Shown here in pieces: positions 51,618 through 62,127 of a stretch of 64,000 nucleotides of DNA; position 1 is the first letter of the stretch, and each line of letters opens with the position of its first letter. The translations under genes were made by a program, and so were the position numbers. The notes beneath the pieces are model-generated. The model had not been told where the DNA came from and searched no databases. It saw only the letters and a program-made list of their open reading frames with translations. The stretch comes from Gemmatimonas sp. GTDB taxonomy: Bacteria; Gemmatimonadota; Gemmatimonadetes; Gemmatimonadales; Gemmatimonadaceae. The stretch is from NCBI GenBank assembly GCA_965279375.1, contig OZ257156.1, positions 672,001-736,000 of the forward strand, in the 5' to 3' direction.

Positions 51618-51730
51618 GTCGACTCAGTCGACGAGGTCGATGCGGCGGCGCCTCGAGGGATTCGCCCGGTCCACCTCCGGCGCGCTACACTTCCAGCCCA
51701 ATCGCACCCACCCGCCCCGATCCCACCGCC

Positions 51731-52336
51731 ATGCGAAACACCCTGATCTCTCTGGCACTCGCCCTGCCGCTCTCGACCGTGCTGGCGTCGCCGTTGGTCG
51801 CACAGTCCGGCGCACGCCGCGCCGCGCCGAGCACGCGCGCCACCGTCGAAGTCTCCCTCACGTTCGCCGACACCGCCGCCCAGCGTGCGGCCGGCAAGCC
51901 GGCGCTGCTGCGCATCGACTACGGGCAGCCGCATCTGCGCGGACGACACATCAACACGGCCGCGCTGGTACCCCTCGATTCGGTGTGGCGCCTCGGCGCG
52001 AACGGTGCGACGCTGCTCACCACCGACGTGGATCTGCTCATTGGTGGCAAGTCGGTCCCCAAAGGTCGCTACATCGCCCAGCTGCTGCCGACTCGTAGCG
52101 CATGGACGCTGATTCTGCAGGCCGAGACGACCGGCGCCGCCTCCGTCAATCCAACGGCGTACGACGCCAAGAAGGATGTGGCGCGGATCGAGATGTCCGT
52201 GCGGACGATGAGCGCGCCGACGGAGAGCCTCTCCATTTCGCTCGTCCCGTCCACGGCGGCCGGCGTGCAGCGCGGTGAACTCCAGATCGTGTGGGACACC
52301 GTCATGCTGACGACGGAGTGGTCGCTCAAGCCGTAG
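51731..52336 (+). CDS. DUF2911 domain protein
   Basis: Signal peptide; IDYGQP.LRGR..VWRLGAN.AT, D..KDV.R, IVWD. Confidence 0.88.
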   Translation: MRNTLISLALALPLSTVLASPLVAQSGARRAAPSTRATVEVSLTFADTAAQRAAGKPALLRIDYGQPHLRGRHINTAALVPLDSVWRLGANGATLLTTDVDLLIGGKSVPKGRYIAQLLPTRSAWTLILQAETTGAASVNPTAYDAKKDVARIEMSVRTMSAPTESLSISLVPSTAAGVQRGELQIVWDTVMLTTEWSLKP

Positions 52337-52364
52337 TGACGCGTCGGCGCGGGGGGCCGAATGT

Positions 52365-52393
52365 TTGACAGCGCGGCCGGCAGGCCGTAAGTC
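52365..52393 (+). promoter_or_regulatory. Possible sigma70 promoter for susC-susD
   Basis: TTGACA-N17-TAAGTC; the -10 element is weak. Confidence 0.3.
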
Positions 52394-52502
52394 AGCAGCA
52401 CAGCGAAGACAGGCCGTCTGGGTATACCGACGCCACTGCTCGCCCCTTGCCCAGGCGTTCGCGGACCCTGGCACATGCGCCCATGACATAGGAGAAGAGT
52501 CG

Positions 52503-55500
52503 ATGATCGCGCCTCGAAGCATGTTGCGTATGGTGATCGCGTTGTCAGCGCTGTGTAGCGGAGTATCCGTCTCCGCACGCGCGCAGGCACCGGCGACTAT
52601 CAGTGGACTCGTCACCGACTCGATCAGTAAACGCCCGATCGCCGGAGCGGAGGTCACCGTCCTCAGCGGCACCGGCACGCTCGCGGGCACCGCGCGCGTG
52701 GGGGAGAACGGTCGTTACAGCGTGGTCACCAGCACGATGGGGCTCGTGACCGTGCGCGTCCGTTCGGTGGGCTATGCGCTGGACCAGCGTCGTCTCACCC
52801 TCGTTGCAGGCGGGTCGTTCACGGCCAACTTCCAGCTCACCGAACGTACGGCGCAGCTCGACCAGATCGTCGTCACCGGAACGGCCGGCGTCACGCAGCG
52901 TCGCGCCATCGGTAACGTGGTCAATACGGTCGACGCCGCAGCCGTGATGGCCAACGCACCGGTGCGCAGCGTGGAGCAGCTGTTGGGCGCGCGTACGCCG
53001 GGACTCATCGTGCTGCCGTCCACGGGTCAGGTGGGCACTGGTGCGCAGCTGCGTGTACGCGGCGCGAGCAGCTTGTCGCTCAGCAACGATCCGCTCGTGT
53101 TCATCGATGGCATCCGCATGGATGCGTCCGCGTCGCGCGGCCCCGGTCAGCGCGGCGGTGCAGGTGCGAGCCGACTGAACGACATCAATCCGCAGGACAT
53201 CGAAAGCGTTGAAGTGATCAAGGGACCGGCCGCTTCCACGCTGTACGGCACGGAAGCGTCCAACGGCGTCATCCAGATCATCACCAAGCGCGGCAAGGCC
53301 GGAAAGCCGAAGTTCGAGTTCACCACGCGGCAGGGCTCCAACTGGCTGGCCAATCCGGAAGGTCGCACAGGCTACCTGTGGTCGCGTGACGCGGCGGGGG
53401 CGCTCACCAGCGTCAATCTGTACAAGTACGAACGCGAGAATGGTGCGGGCCCGATCTTCACGAACGGCCGCAATCAGGGCTACAACATGAACCTGAGCGG
53501 CGGCACCGATGCCAGCCGCTACTTCCTCTCCACCTCGTACGATGACGATGTCGGCATCGTGCCATGGAACTTCGACAAGAAGTTCAGCGGTCGCGTGAAC
53601 GCGGACATCGCCGCCACCAACACGCTGCGCCTGCAGGGCTCCATCGGCTACGTGCGTGCGCGCACGCGTCTCGCGCAGCCGGCCATCGACGTGGATCCGT
53701 TCAGTCAGGTGGTGTGGGGCAACCCGCTCACGCTGACCACGAACCGCCGCGGCTTCCAGGCGTCGCCGCCGGAAAGCTGGTCCACGGTGGAAAGCCGCGC
53801 CGACATCGATCGCACCACGCTCAGCTTCCGCGCCAACTACGCGCCCAAGCCGTGGTTCACGCATCGCCTCATCACGGGCCTCGACATCGGCTCGGAAAAC
53901 AATTTCCTCCTCTACCCACGCCAGCCGCTCGGCGCCGCCGATCCACTTGGCAGCAACGGCCTCGGCACCAAGAACGTCGCACGAAACACGCGCACGGTGC
54001 TCACGCTCGACTACGCGGGCTCGCTCAAGTACACCATCAAGAACGACTTCAACATGACGTCGTCGATGGGCCTGCAGCACTACCGCAATGAGCTCGCCGG
54101 CATCGGCGCAACGGCCATCACCTTCCCTGCGGGACCGATCACGACGGTCAGCGGCGGTGCGACGCGCTCGGGCAGCGAAGACTACTTCGCCAATGCATCG
54201 GTTGGCATGTTCTTGCAGCAGGAAGCGGCGTGGAAGAATCGCGTGTTCCTGACGGCGGCCGTGCGTGCTGACGACAACAGCAGCTTCGGCAAGGACTTCT
54301 CGTCCATCTACTATCCCAAGTTCAGCGGCTCGTGGGTGTTGAGTGAAGAGCCGTGGTTCAAGTTGCCGTTCACGCAGTCGCTGCGAGTGCGCGCAGCGAT
54401 GGGCGCATCCGGCACGCAGCCCGGCACGTTCGACGCGTCGCGTCTCTACGATCCGAGCGTCGGCTACCAGAACGCGCCCGGGCTGATTCCGGCGTCGTTT
54501 GGTAACCCCGCGTTGCGCCCGGAGCGCAGCACGGAGACCGAGGGTGGGTTTGAAGCGACGATGTTCGACGGTCGCGCCCAGATCGAGTACTCGCACTACT
54601 CGCGCAACGTCACCGACGCCATCGTGAATTCGCCGATCGCGCCGTCCGTCGGCTTCCCGGGATCGCAGGTGATCAACGTGGGCCGCGTGAAGGGCTGGGG
54701 CGACGAACTGTCGATCAACTACAACGTGTTGCGCGGCGAGCGGGTGCAGTGGGAGTTGGGCACACAGCTCGCCAACAACCGCAACGAGATCATCGACATG
54801 GGTGGCACCGAGTTCCTCACCGTGGGCGGTGGCGGACAGGCACAGAATCGCGTGGGCTTCGGCATCGCCGACATCTTCATGTACAAGGTCCGTTCGGCCA
54901 CACTCGACGCAAACGGCAACGTGCTGTCGTCGGTGTGCGACGGCGGCCGCGGCAAGGCGGGCCTCGAACAGGGCGGCCCTGACGTCCCCTGCGCGACGGC
55001 CCCTCGCGTCTTCTGGGGACACACGCAGCCGGTCTGGCAGTTCGGTGTGAACAGCACGCTCACGCTGTGGAAGAATCTGCGCCTGTATGCTCGCGTGGAC
55101 GGAAACGGGGGCAACGTGCAGTCGAACACCGAGATCCGCGCACGTCACAACCAGGGTACGACACGCGCCGTCATCCTGCGCAACGATCCGTTGCTGCAGG
55201 TCTATCGCGCCATCGAAGCCGATGCACCGGGCACGTACGAGGCCGGATTCCTGCGTCTGCGTGAACTCTCGGCGACCTACACCATCGGACCACGCTGGCT
55301 TCGCGCGCTCAACGCGTCTGCGGCAAGCCTGACCGTGGCCGGCCGCAATCTGTCGATGCTGTGGACCGCTCAGCACGGTTGGAATACGTCGCGTGACGGG
55401 CAGGTCACGGTCGATGTCGCGAACATGACGACATGGGATCCGGAGATTCGCGCCGTCGGCCAACTGTCGAACGGCTTCCAGACGATCCTGCCGCCGACGG

Positions 55501-55535
55501 CAAGCTTCGTGACCACGCTGCGACTCACCTTCTGA
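52503..55535 (+). CDS. SusC/RagA-family TonB-dependent receptor
   Basis: IVVTG, RVRGASSL, PLVFIDG, DINPQDIESVEVIKGPAASTLYG..NGVIQIITKRG, GNPALRPE; C-terminal F. Confidence 0.95.
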   Translation: MIAPRSMLRMVIALSALCSGVSVSARAQAPATISGLVTDSISKRPIAGAEVTVLSGTGTLAGTARVGENGRYSVVTSTMGLVTVRVRSVGYALDQRRLTLVAGGSFTANFQLTERTAQLDQIVVTGTAGVTQRRAIGNVVNTVDAAAVMANAPVRSVEQLLGARTPGLIVLPSTGQVGTGAQLRVRGASSLSLSNDPLVFIDGIRMDASASRGPGQRGGAGASRLNDINPQDIESVEVIKGPAASTLYGTEASNGVIQIITKRGKAGKPKFEFTTRQGSNWLANPEGRTGYLWSRDAAGALTSVNLYKYERENGAGPIFTNGRNQGYNMNLSGGTDASRYFLSTSYDDDVGIVPWNFDKKFSGRVNADIAATNTLRLQGSIGYVRARTRLAQPAIDVDPFSQVVWGNPLTLTTNRRGFQASPPESWSTVESRADIDRTTLSFRANYAPKPWFTHRLITGLDIGSENNFLLYPRQPLGAADPLGSNGLGTKNVARNTRTVLTLDYAGSLKYTIKNDFNMTSSMGLQHYRNELAGIGATAITFPAGPITTVSGGATRSGSEDYFANASVGMFLQQEAAWKNRVFLTAAVRADDNSSFGKDFSSIYYPKFSGSWVLSEEPWFKLPFTQSLRVRAAMGASGTQPGTFDASRLYDPSVGYQNAPGLIPASFGNPALRPERSTETEGGFEATMFDGRAQIEYSHYSRNVTDAIVNSPIAPSVGFPGSQVINVGRVKGWGDELSINYNVLRGERVQWELGTQLANNRNEIIDMGGTEFLTVGGGGQAQNRVGFGIADIFMYKVRSATLDANGNVLSSVCDGGRGKAGLEQGGPDVPCATAPRVFWGHTQPVWQFGVNSTLTLWKNLRLYARVDGNGGNVQSNTEIRARHNQGTTRAVILRNDPLLQVYRAIEADAPGTYEAGFLRLRELSATYTIGPRWLRALNASAASLTVAGRNLSMLWTAQHGWNTSRDGQVTVDVANMTTWDPEIRAVGQLSNGFQTILPPTASFVTTLRLTF

Positions 55536-55549
55536 CCGACGGAGACGAC

Positions 55550-56812
55550 ATGATCAAGAACACGTTCCGCGGCGCGTTGCTGGTGATTTCGCTTGCCGCA
55601 ACCGGCGCCTGCAACAGCCTGCTCGAAGTGGAAGTCCCCGGTCGCGTGACCGCCGACGCGCTTGATGATCCCGGCCTCGCGCCGATCATGCACGCCGCGG
55701 CGCTGCAGTCGGCGCAATGCGCGGTGGCACAGTACGCGGCCACCGGCGGCATGCTCTCCGGCGAGTACCTCTCTTCCAACGGCTTCGTCGACAACCATCC
55801 GTGGGAGTGGCGCGGCATCGTCGAGATCCAGAACGCGCCCGGCAGCTGCCCGGGCAATCGCAACACCACGTCGATGGGCTTCTACACGCCGATGCAGCAG
55901 GCACGCTTCCAATTGGAGGATCAGGCCAAGCGTCTGGCCACCTTCACGGATGCGCAGGTGCCCAACCGTCAACTCATGCTCGCCGAAGCCAACGCCTACG
56001 CGGGATACATGTACACGATGCTGGGCGAAGGCATGTGCGAGATGACGATCGACAACGGCCCCAAGATGACGTCGGCCGAGGTGTTTGCGATCGCCGAAAA
56101 GAAGTTCACCGACGCCATCACCATCGCGACGACGGTCAACAATGCCAGCGTGCTGAACATGGCGCGTGTGGGTCGTGCCAGAACACGGCTCGATCTGGGA
56201 GACGGCGCCGGCGCCGCTGCGGACGCGACGCTGGTGCCGTCGGGCTTTGTGCGCAACGCCGAATTCTCGGAAACGATCGCCGCGCGCGAAAACCGCATCT
56301 ACAACCTGACCGTACGCAACGACTTCCTGTCAGTGGGCCCGGACTATCGCGGGCTCACGGTCAACGGCGTCGCCGACCCGCGTGTGCGCGTCACCAACAT
56401 GAACCGCATCGGGCCTGACAACAGCACGCCGATGTGGCAGCAGCAGAAGTTCACCGGCAGCGGTGCGGTGTCACTACCGATCGCATCGTATGCGGAGGCG
56501 CAGCTGATCCTCGCGGAAGCGTCCACGGGGCAGGCGGCGATCGACGCGATGAATCGCGTGCGGGCGCTGTCCAATGTGGCCCCGCTGCCCGCGTTCACCG
56601 CCGGCACCAACACCGAAGCGCTGGTGATCGAGGAGCGTCGTCGGCAGCTCTTCAGCGAAGGGCACCGCTACAATGACATGCTGCGCAAGAAGATTCCGTT
56701 CCAGATGGGCACCAACGGCGTGAACCGCAAAGGTCAGACCTTCAGCAACCTGACCTGCATCCCGCTGCCGTTCGTGGAGACGCGCAATAACCCGAACTTC
56801 AAGTCGAACTAG
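55550..56812 (+). CDS. RagB/SusD-family lipoprotein
   Basis: Lipobox TGAC; YAEAQLILAEA, EERRRQLFSEGHRYND, P..E..NNPN. Confidence 0.93.
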   Translation: MIKNTFRGALLVISLAATGACNSLLEVEVPGRVTADALDDPGLAPIMHAAALQSAQCAVAQYAATGGMLSGEYLSSNGFVDNHPWEWRGIVEIQNAPGSCPGNRNTTSMGFYTPMQQARFQLEDQAKRLATFTDAQVPNRQLMLAEANAYAGYMYTMLGEGMCEMTIDNGPKMTSAEVFAIAEKKFTDAITIATTVNNASVLNMARVGRARTRLDLGDGAGAAADATLVPSGFVRNAEFSETIAARENRIYNLTVRNDFLSVGPDYRGLTVNGVADPRVRVTNMNRIGPDNSTPMWQQQKFTGSGAVSLPIASYAEAQLILAEASTGQAAIDAMNRVRALSNVAPLPAFTAGTNTEALVIEERRRQLFSEGHRYNDMLRKKIPFQMGTNGVNRKGQTFSNLTCIPLPFVETRNNPNFKSN

Positions 56813-56840
56813 GGATTCCGAACGAGTATTGGAGAAACAG

Positions 56841-56882
56841 AAGGCCCCGCGTTCCGAAGCAGGTCGGAGCGCGGGGCCTTTT
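56841..56882 (+). terminator. Intrinsic terminator after susD
   Basis: AAGGCCCCGCGTTCCGA-N6-TCGGAGCGCGGGGCCTTTT. Confidence 0.85.
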
Positions 56883-56927
56883 GGTCGTCAGTGCAACTGT
56901 CGCTACGACAACACGCGTTGCGCCAGA

Positions 56928-57338
56928 TCAGCCCGCAAGCGGCGTGGACACACCCAGCTTGAAACCATCCAGGTCGTTGAACTGGAACATGCGTGCTCCC
57001 CACGGCCGATCGGCGGGCTCACTCAGCAACGTGCCGCCAGCGGCGACGATACGAGCCGCTGCCGCGTCAACTTCAGCCGCGCTTCCAACGTTGAGCTGCA
57101 GGTAGAAGCCCTGCCCCTTGATGCGATCCCATCCAAGCTTTCCGTCGTCCTGATTGAGCACGATGCTGCAGTTGCCCGCGACGATCACAGCCGTGGTGAC
57201 TTTGCCGGCGTTCTCATACTGCTGCACCACCTTGAATCCGGCGGCGTCGCGGTAGAAACGGATCGATGCCTCGAGTTCGCGGCAGGTGATCGAGCACCCC
57301 ATGGCGGTGACGTCGAGGGCGGCGGTGGAATCAGACAT
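56928..57338 (-). CDS. VOC/glyoxalase family protein
   Basis: LEASIRFYRDAAGF..EPADRPWGARMFQFNDLDG. Confidence 0.9.
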   Translation of the reverse strand: MSDSTAALDVTAMGCSITCRELEASIRFYRDAAGFKVVQQYENAGKVTTAVIVAGNCSIVLNQDDGKLGWDRIKGQGFYLQLNVGSAAEVDAAAARIVAAGGTLLSEPADRPWGARMFQFNDLDGFKLGVSTPLAG

Positions 57339-57448
57339 GAAGGACCTGTTGTCGACGAAGGGGATGGTGGGAACGCACGAGACATGCGACGGCAGAAGCT
57401 CGCGGCGTCGAGCCAATGACACAAGCATGCGTCATTGGCCGAGTGCGC

Positions 57449-60400
57449 TCACAGCATCGGCAGCGCGAGCACGGAGAACGTCTGCGTCGGTCCAACCGGC
57501 GTCACCGTCGTGCCCACCATCGTGCCGATGCTGGCCTTGTACACACCAGCCGGTACGCGCTGCGGTTGACCACGCAGCGCCGCCGCGATGCCAGCCGGAC
57601 CACCGGCTCCGCCGCCACCGCCACCGCCACCACCACCGAACCCGACCGCCGTGCCGATCGCACACGATTGCAGCGTGTTTGCCGCAGGACGCGGCGCGCT
57701 CGCGGTGCTGTCTGCAGCTGCGGCCGGCGGCAGCTGCGCCATCAAGCGGCGTGCCGTCGCGCTGTCCGGCGGGACCGGATCGCTGTTCAGATTCCACACC
57801 AGACGACGCAGGCCCACGTTGCGATCGAGTTCGCAGCGACGCACTTGCTTGCCCGCGTTGTCGCTGATCGTCAGCACGAGTTTTGTGTCGGTGGGAAGTG
57901 CATCACGCACGTGATAGGTGATCCACGCGCCCACCGGCGGGTTGGGCGTGCTGAAGTTTCCGCTGATCGCCAGTGCACCCGCCGCGCCAGCCGGTGCCAG
58001 ACCGCCAGGCACGAACGAATATGCGTGGCGCAGTGGAAACAGGCGTGCCGCTTCGGCGAGCGTCGTGCCGTTGATCTCACGCAGCGCGGAGTAATCGTCC
58101 AGCACGTAGAACCCCCGGCCGAACGTCGCCAGCACGACATCGCTTTCGCGCTTGTGCAGGGTGAGGTCGCGCACCTGCGTCACCGGCAGCCCGCCCTTGA
58201 TCTGCACGTACTGCTTGCCGCCATCCACACTCGCAAACAGACCGAACTCGGTGCCGACGAACAGCAGGTCGCCGTTCACGTGATCCTGCGCGATCGTCCA
58301 CACGTCATGACGCGTCGGCAGATTGCCGGTGATGTTCGTCCACGTGCGACCGCGATCGTTGCTGCGCACGATGTACGGCGCATAGTCGCCACGCTGCCAG
58401 TTGTTCAGCGTCACGAACACCGTGTTCGCGTCGCGCGGCGACGCATGCACATCGCTCACGTAGGTGAACTTGGGCACGCCGGGGAACGATTCGATGCGAC
58501 GCCAGTTCTTGCCACCATCCTCCGACACCTGCACCAGTCCGTCGTCAGTGCCCACCCACAGCAGCCCTTCCATCACCGGCGACTCGTCGATCGCGACGAC
58601 ATTGCTCAAGTCGGTGGTAGACACGTTCAGCGCCACCGAACCGCGCGGCCACACCTTCCCCATGATCGGCAACGTGTCGCGATTCAGATTGCGCGATAGA
58701 TCGGGGCTGATCTTGGTCCAGTTGTCGCCGCGATCGTCGCTGCGATACACGAATTGACTGGCGAAGTACAACCGGTCCGCGTTGTGCGGGCTGGTGATGA
58801 AGGGAGCATCCCAGTTGGTGCGATCACGCACGCGCGGCGCTGCCGGCGTCGTCGCTACTGCGGCCTGTGCCCGCGTCGTGTCGCGCGCAGCGCCACCCGC
58901 TCCAGCCGCACCCGCGGCCCCACCGCGCCCTGCCGCGCTCGTATCAGGCGCCGCTGCACCGCCGTCATCGCCACCAAACGACGCAGTGGTCGGACGGATC
59001 CCCTGTCCGCGACCGGTGCGCATATCGAAGCGCGACAGACCACCGTTCTGCGACTCACCGTAGAAGATGTTCTGGTCTTCCATGTGGCCGCGCGCCTGAA
59101 AGCCATCGCCGCCGACGATGTTGAACCAGTCGCTGTTGCGAATGCCCCACGTGTTGGTGGTGCGCGACGGTCCGCACTGCGAGAAGTTGTCCTGCGTACC
59201 GCCGCACACGTAGTAGAACGGCTTCGCGTTGTTCACACCCACACGGTAGTACTGCGTAACGGGCAGCGTCGCATGGAACTTCCACGTCTCGCCAAAATCG
59301 TACGTCTCGTACAGTCCGCCGTCATTGCCCAGCAAAATGTGGTTCTTGTCCATGGGATCGAACGCCATCGCGTGATGGTCCACATGCACGCCTCGGCTTT
59401 CCCAATTCGTGTTGGACCACGTCGCGCCACCATCCGTGCTACGCGAGAGATTCGTTCCCACCTCGTACAGATGGCCCACGCGGTGCGGATCGAGGAACAG
59501 CTCGCTGTAGTACTGGCCGAGGCCGTTGGTGAACCAGTTCTCACGAGCCGTAGCGACACGCGCGCTGTCCGCCGCGGTTACTGGTGCCGCACCCGCGCCA
59601 CGTCCACCAGCGGCGCCGCCGCCTGCGCCGCCACGACCACCAGCGGCTTGCGCGTTCTTTCCAAAGCGCGCCCACGTCGCACCGTCATCCACCGAGCGAT
59701 AGAGCCCCGACTGGCTGTTGCTGGCTTCGATGAACGCGAAGATCTGCGTCGGTGATGTGCGCCCCTCGATGGCCAACCCGGCGCGACCCACATCGCCCGT
59801 GGGCAATCCGCCGCCGAGCTTCGTCCATGTCTTGCCGCCATCGATGGACTTGTGCAGCCCTCCCTCAGGACTTCCACCGATCGCCTGCCCCACCAGTCGA
59901 CGACGCGGATACGTCGCCGCATAGATCACGTCTGCGTTCTTCGGGTCGAACACGATGTCGGTGATACCGGTGTTCTCGCTGATGAACAGACTGCGCGTCC
60001 ATGTCGCGCCGCCATCAGTGGTCTTGAAAAGCCCGCGTTCACCGCCGGCGGAAAAGAGCGGCCCCTGCGAGGCGACGTACACCACATCGGAGTTGCGCGG
60101 ATCGATGATGATTCGCCCGATATGCTCAGACGTTTCGAGCCCCACGCGCTTCCACGTCTTGCCCGCATCGATCGACTTGTACAACCCGTCGCCAAAGTGC
60201 GCGCTGCGCTGACTGTGGTTCTCGCCCGTGCCGAGCCACAGCACATTCGCATTCTTCGGATCGATCTCGATGCAGCACAGATTGTGCGTGCTCTGCTCAT
60301 CGAAGAGTGGCGTGAACGACGCGCCGCGATTCACGGTCTTCCAGAGCCCACCGAACGCCGTGGCGATGTACCACGTGCTCGGATTGGTCGGGTCGATCTT

Positions 60401-60619
60401 GATGTCGGCAATACGGCCAGTCACCAGCCCGGGGCCAAGCGAACGAACCTGCAGCCCCTTGAGCAGGTCGGCGGTCACTGCAGGCAACGCCGGCGAGTCC
60501 GACTTTGCATCGGCCTTGGGCGCACCACGCGGTGCGCGCTGACCATTCATCACAGAAGGAAGCAGCAGCATCGCGGCAAGCGTGCCGGCGCCGAACGAAC
60601 GAAGGAACGATGAAGTCAT
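57449..60619 (-). CDS. Secreted BNR/Asp-box (VPS10/sortilin-like) beta-propeller protein
   Basis: RSLGP..GRI.D, many SxDGGxTW repeats, HVDHHA, GGTQDN, GGDGF, ATFGRG; Gly/Ala-rich linkers. Confidence 0.9.
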   Translation of the reverse strand: MTSSFLRSFGAGTLAAMLLLPSVMNGQRAPRGAPKADAKSDSPALPAVTADLLKGLQVRSLGPGLVTGRIADIKIDPTNPSTWYIATAFGGLWKTVNRGASFTPLFDEQSTHNLCCIEIDPKNANVLWLGTGENHSQRSAHFGDGLYKSIDAGKTWKRVGLETSEHIGRIIIDPRNSDVVYVASQGPLFSAGGERGLFKTTDGGATWTRSLFISENTGITDIVFDPKNADVIYAATYPRRRLVGQAIGGSPEGGLHKSIDGGKTWTKLGGGLPTGDVGRAGLAIEGRTSPTQIFAFIEASNSQSGLYRSVDDGATWARFGKNAQAAGGRGGAGGGAAGGRGAGAAPVTAADSARVATARENWFTNGLGQYYSELFLDPHRVGHLYEVGTNLSRSTDGGATWSNTNWESRGVHVDHHAMAFDPMDKNHILLGNDGGLYETYDFGETWKFHATLPVTQYYRVGVNNAKPFYYVCGGTQDNFSQCGPSRTTNTWGIRNSDWFNIVGGDGFQARGHMEDQNIFYGESQNGGLSRFDMRTGRGQGIRPTTASFGGDDGGAAAPDTSAAGRGGAAGAAGAGGAARDTTRAQAAVATTPAAPRVRDRTNWDAPFITSPHNADRLYFASQFVYRSDDRGDNWTKISPDLSRNLNRDTLPIMGKVWPRGSVALNVSTTDLSNVVAIDESPVMEGLLWVGTDDGLVQVSEDGGKNWRRIESFPGVPKFTYVSDVHASPRDANTVFVTLNNWQRGDYAPYIVRSNDRGRTWTNITGNLPTRHDVWTIAQDHVNGDLLFVGTEFGLFASVDGGKQYVQIKGGLPVTQVRDLTLHKRESDVVLATFGRGFYVLDDYSALREINGTTLAEAARLFPLRHAYSFVPGGLAPAGAAGALAISGNFSTPNPPVGAWITYHVRDALPTDTKLVLTISDNAGKQVRRCELDRNVGLRRLVWNLNSDPVPPDSATARRLMAQLPPAAAADSTASAPRPAANTLQSCAIGTAVGFGGGGGGGGGGAGGPAGIAAALRGQPQRVPAGVYKASIGTMVGTTVTPVGPTQTFSVLALPML

Positions 60620-60714
60620 TGCGCGAGGAAGCGGGCGGGTGGTGGCGAGATGCAGCACGTGCATCTGAACTCGGTCACGCAGAGTCTACGCGGCGGACGA
60701 TCCCACCGCTCGGC

Positions 60715-60856
60715 TTGCCAGTCCACCAAGGCGACGGATACTTTCGGGAACCTCTTTCCGGAATCGCCGGTGTTGTGCATGCCCACGGTCTGCTCGGTCG
60801 CGCCTCGCGCCTTCTGAGCTGAGCTGAATCTGTCCGGAACCACTGCGGTGGTTCCG
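60715..60856 (+). promoter_or_regulatory. Candidate promoter, 12-aa leader ORF and hairpin upstream of rsgA
   Basis: TTGCCA-N16-GATACT; ATG 60779-TGA 60817 (MPTVCSVAPRAF); 9-bp hairpin CGGAACCAC-tgcg-GTGGTTCCG. Confidence 0.4.
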
Positions 60857-60972
60857 TTGACGCTGCCCGGATGACGCGGGGCGCTACACGCGCTCGACCC
60901 GCACGGCATTTGTCGTGCGCGGCCCTCCCGACCCTGGCGCTCCATCACGCGCGTCGCCTAGCGACGTGGCCG

Positions 60973-62025
60973 ATGGCGCGCCCGATTCCGAGCATTCCCG
61001 TGCAGACATCCCGTCAAACCACGCGCGCGCGCGTCAGCGCCGTGCACCGCACCTCCGCGCAGCTTCTCAGTGCCGAACTGCCCTCGTCGCCTACGCTCGA
61101 TGCGACGCTCGCCGAAGCGCTCCGACGAAACACAGACCCGTTGGCGAGGATTGCCGTCGGCGACTGGGTCCTCGCTGAACGGACGGACGACGGCGCGTGG
61201 CGCGTGCTGGCCATCGAGGAACGTCGGTCCGTGCTCATGCGTCGCGCTGCAGGTGGCGATCGCGCGCCGCAACTGCTCGCCGCCAACGTGGACACGGCGC
61301 TGCTCTTCTCGCCATTCCCGGAACCGCCCAACGTACGCCGGCTGGCGCGCCTCGTATCACTGTGCGTCGCTGGCAACGTGCACCCCATCGTCCTCCTAAG
61401 TCGCGCGGACACCGCGACACCGGATTCCCTCGCGCACGCCTTCGACGCGCTGGCGTCGTTCATGCCGACGCTCTCCGTCATCACCAGTTCGACGCGTGGC
61501 GACGATGGGCTGCGCGAGCTCGATCCGTTCCTCACCCCGGGCGCCACACTCGTGCTCCTCGGACCCTCGGGCGCCGGGAAATCGACGCTGCTCAATCGAC
61601 TCGCGGGAATCGAGCACATGACCACCGGTGGCCTGCGAAGCGACGGGGCAGGTCGCCACACGACCACGCATCGTCAACTGCTCGAACTCGCATCCGGCGT
61701 ATCGATCATCGACACCCCCGGACTCCGGGAAGTCGGCGTGTGGGTCTCGGCGGACGGCAACACGTCGGCGGTCAGCGATACGATCTTTCCCGACATCGCC
61801 GACCGCGCCGCCGATTGCCGCTTTCGCGACTGTTCGCACACCAGGGAACCGGGGTGCGCGGTGCAGGCCGCCGTACAGGGAGGCACGCTCGACCCGGCGC
61901 GCGTGAGCCAATGGCAGCAGCTGGCACGCGAGCAGGCTCATGCGGAGCGCTCGGATCACGAGCGGCGACAGCGCGAGCGTGAGGGTAGCCTCTGGATTCG
62001 GCGCTACCCCAAGAAGGGCGGCTGA
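60973..62025 (+). CDS. rsgA: Ribosome small subunit-dependent GTPase A
   Basis: AVGDWV, QLLAANVD, GPSGAGKSTLLN, GRHTTTHR, DTPGLRE, CRFRDCSH..EPGC. Confidence 0.93.
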   Translation: MARPIPSIPVQTSRQTTRARVSAVHRTSAQLLSAELPSSPTLDATLAEALRRNTDPLARIAVGDWVLAERTDDGAWRVLAIEERRSVLMRRAAGGDRAPQLLAANVDTALLFSPFPEPPNVRRLARLVSLCVAGNVHPIVLLSRADTATPDSLAHAFDALASFMPTLSVITSSTRGDDGLRELDPFLTPGATLVLLGPSGAGKSTLLNRLAGIEHMTTGGLRSDGAGRHTTTHRQLLELASGVSIIDTPGLREVGVWVSADGNTSAVSDTIFPDIADRAADCRFRDCSHTREPGCAVQAAVQGGTLDPARVSQWQQLAREQAHAERSDHERRQREREGSLWIRRYPKKGG

Positions 62026-62127
62026 GCGGAGGATCGGCGGCGCCCCTGCTTGCCATGACCGACGTCGCGCCCGCACCTTTTCCGTCCCACCCAGCGCGTC
62101 CCCACCGCTACGCAGGACCAAAACAGA

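Noticed and set aside
52545..55463. 972-aa antisense ORF opposite susC, and similar long shadow ORFs elsewhere
   Set aside because: Typical high-GC3 antisense shadow frames with Arg/Ala-rich, motif-free translations.
57590..57645. Poly-Gly (CCG/CCA)n run
   Set aside because: In-frame low-complexity linker of the VPS10-like protein, not an independent repeat element.
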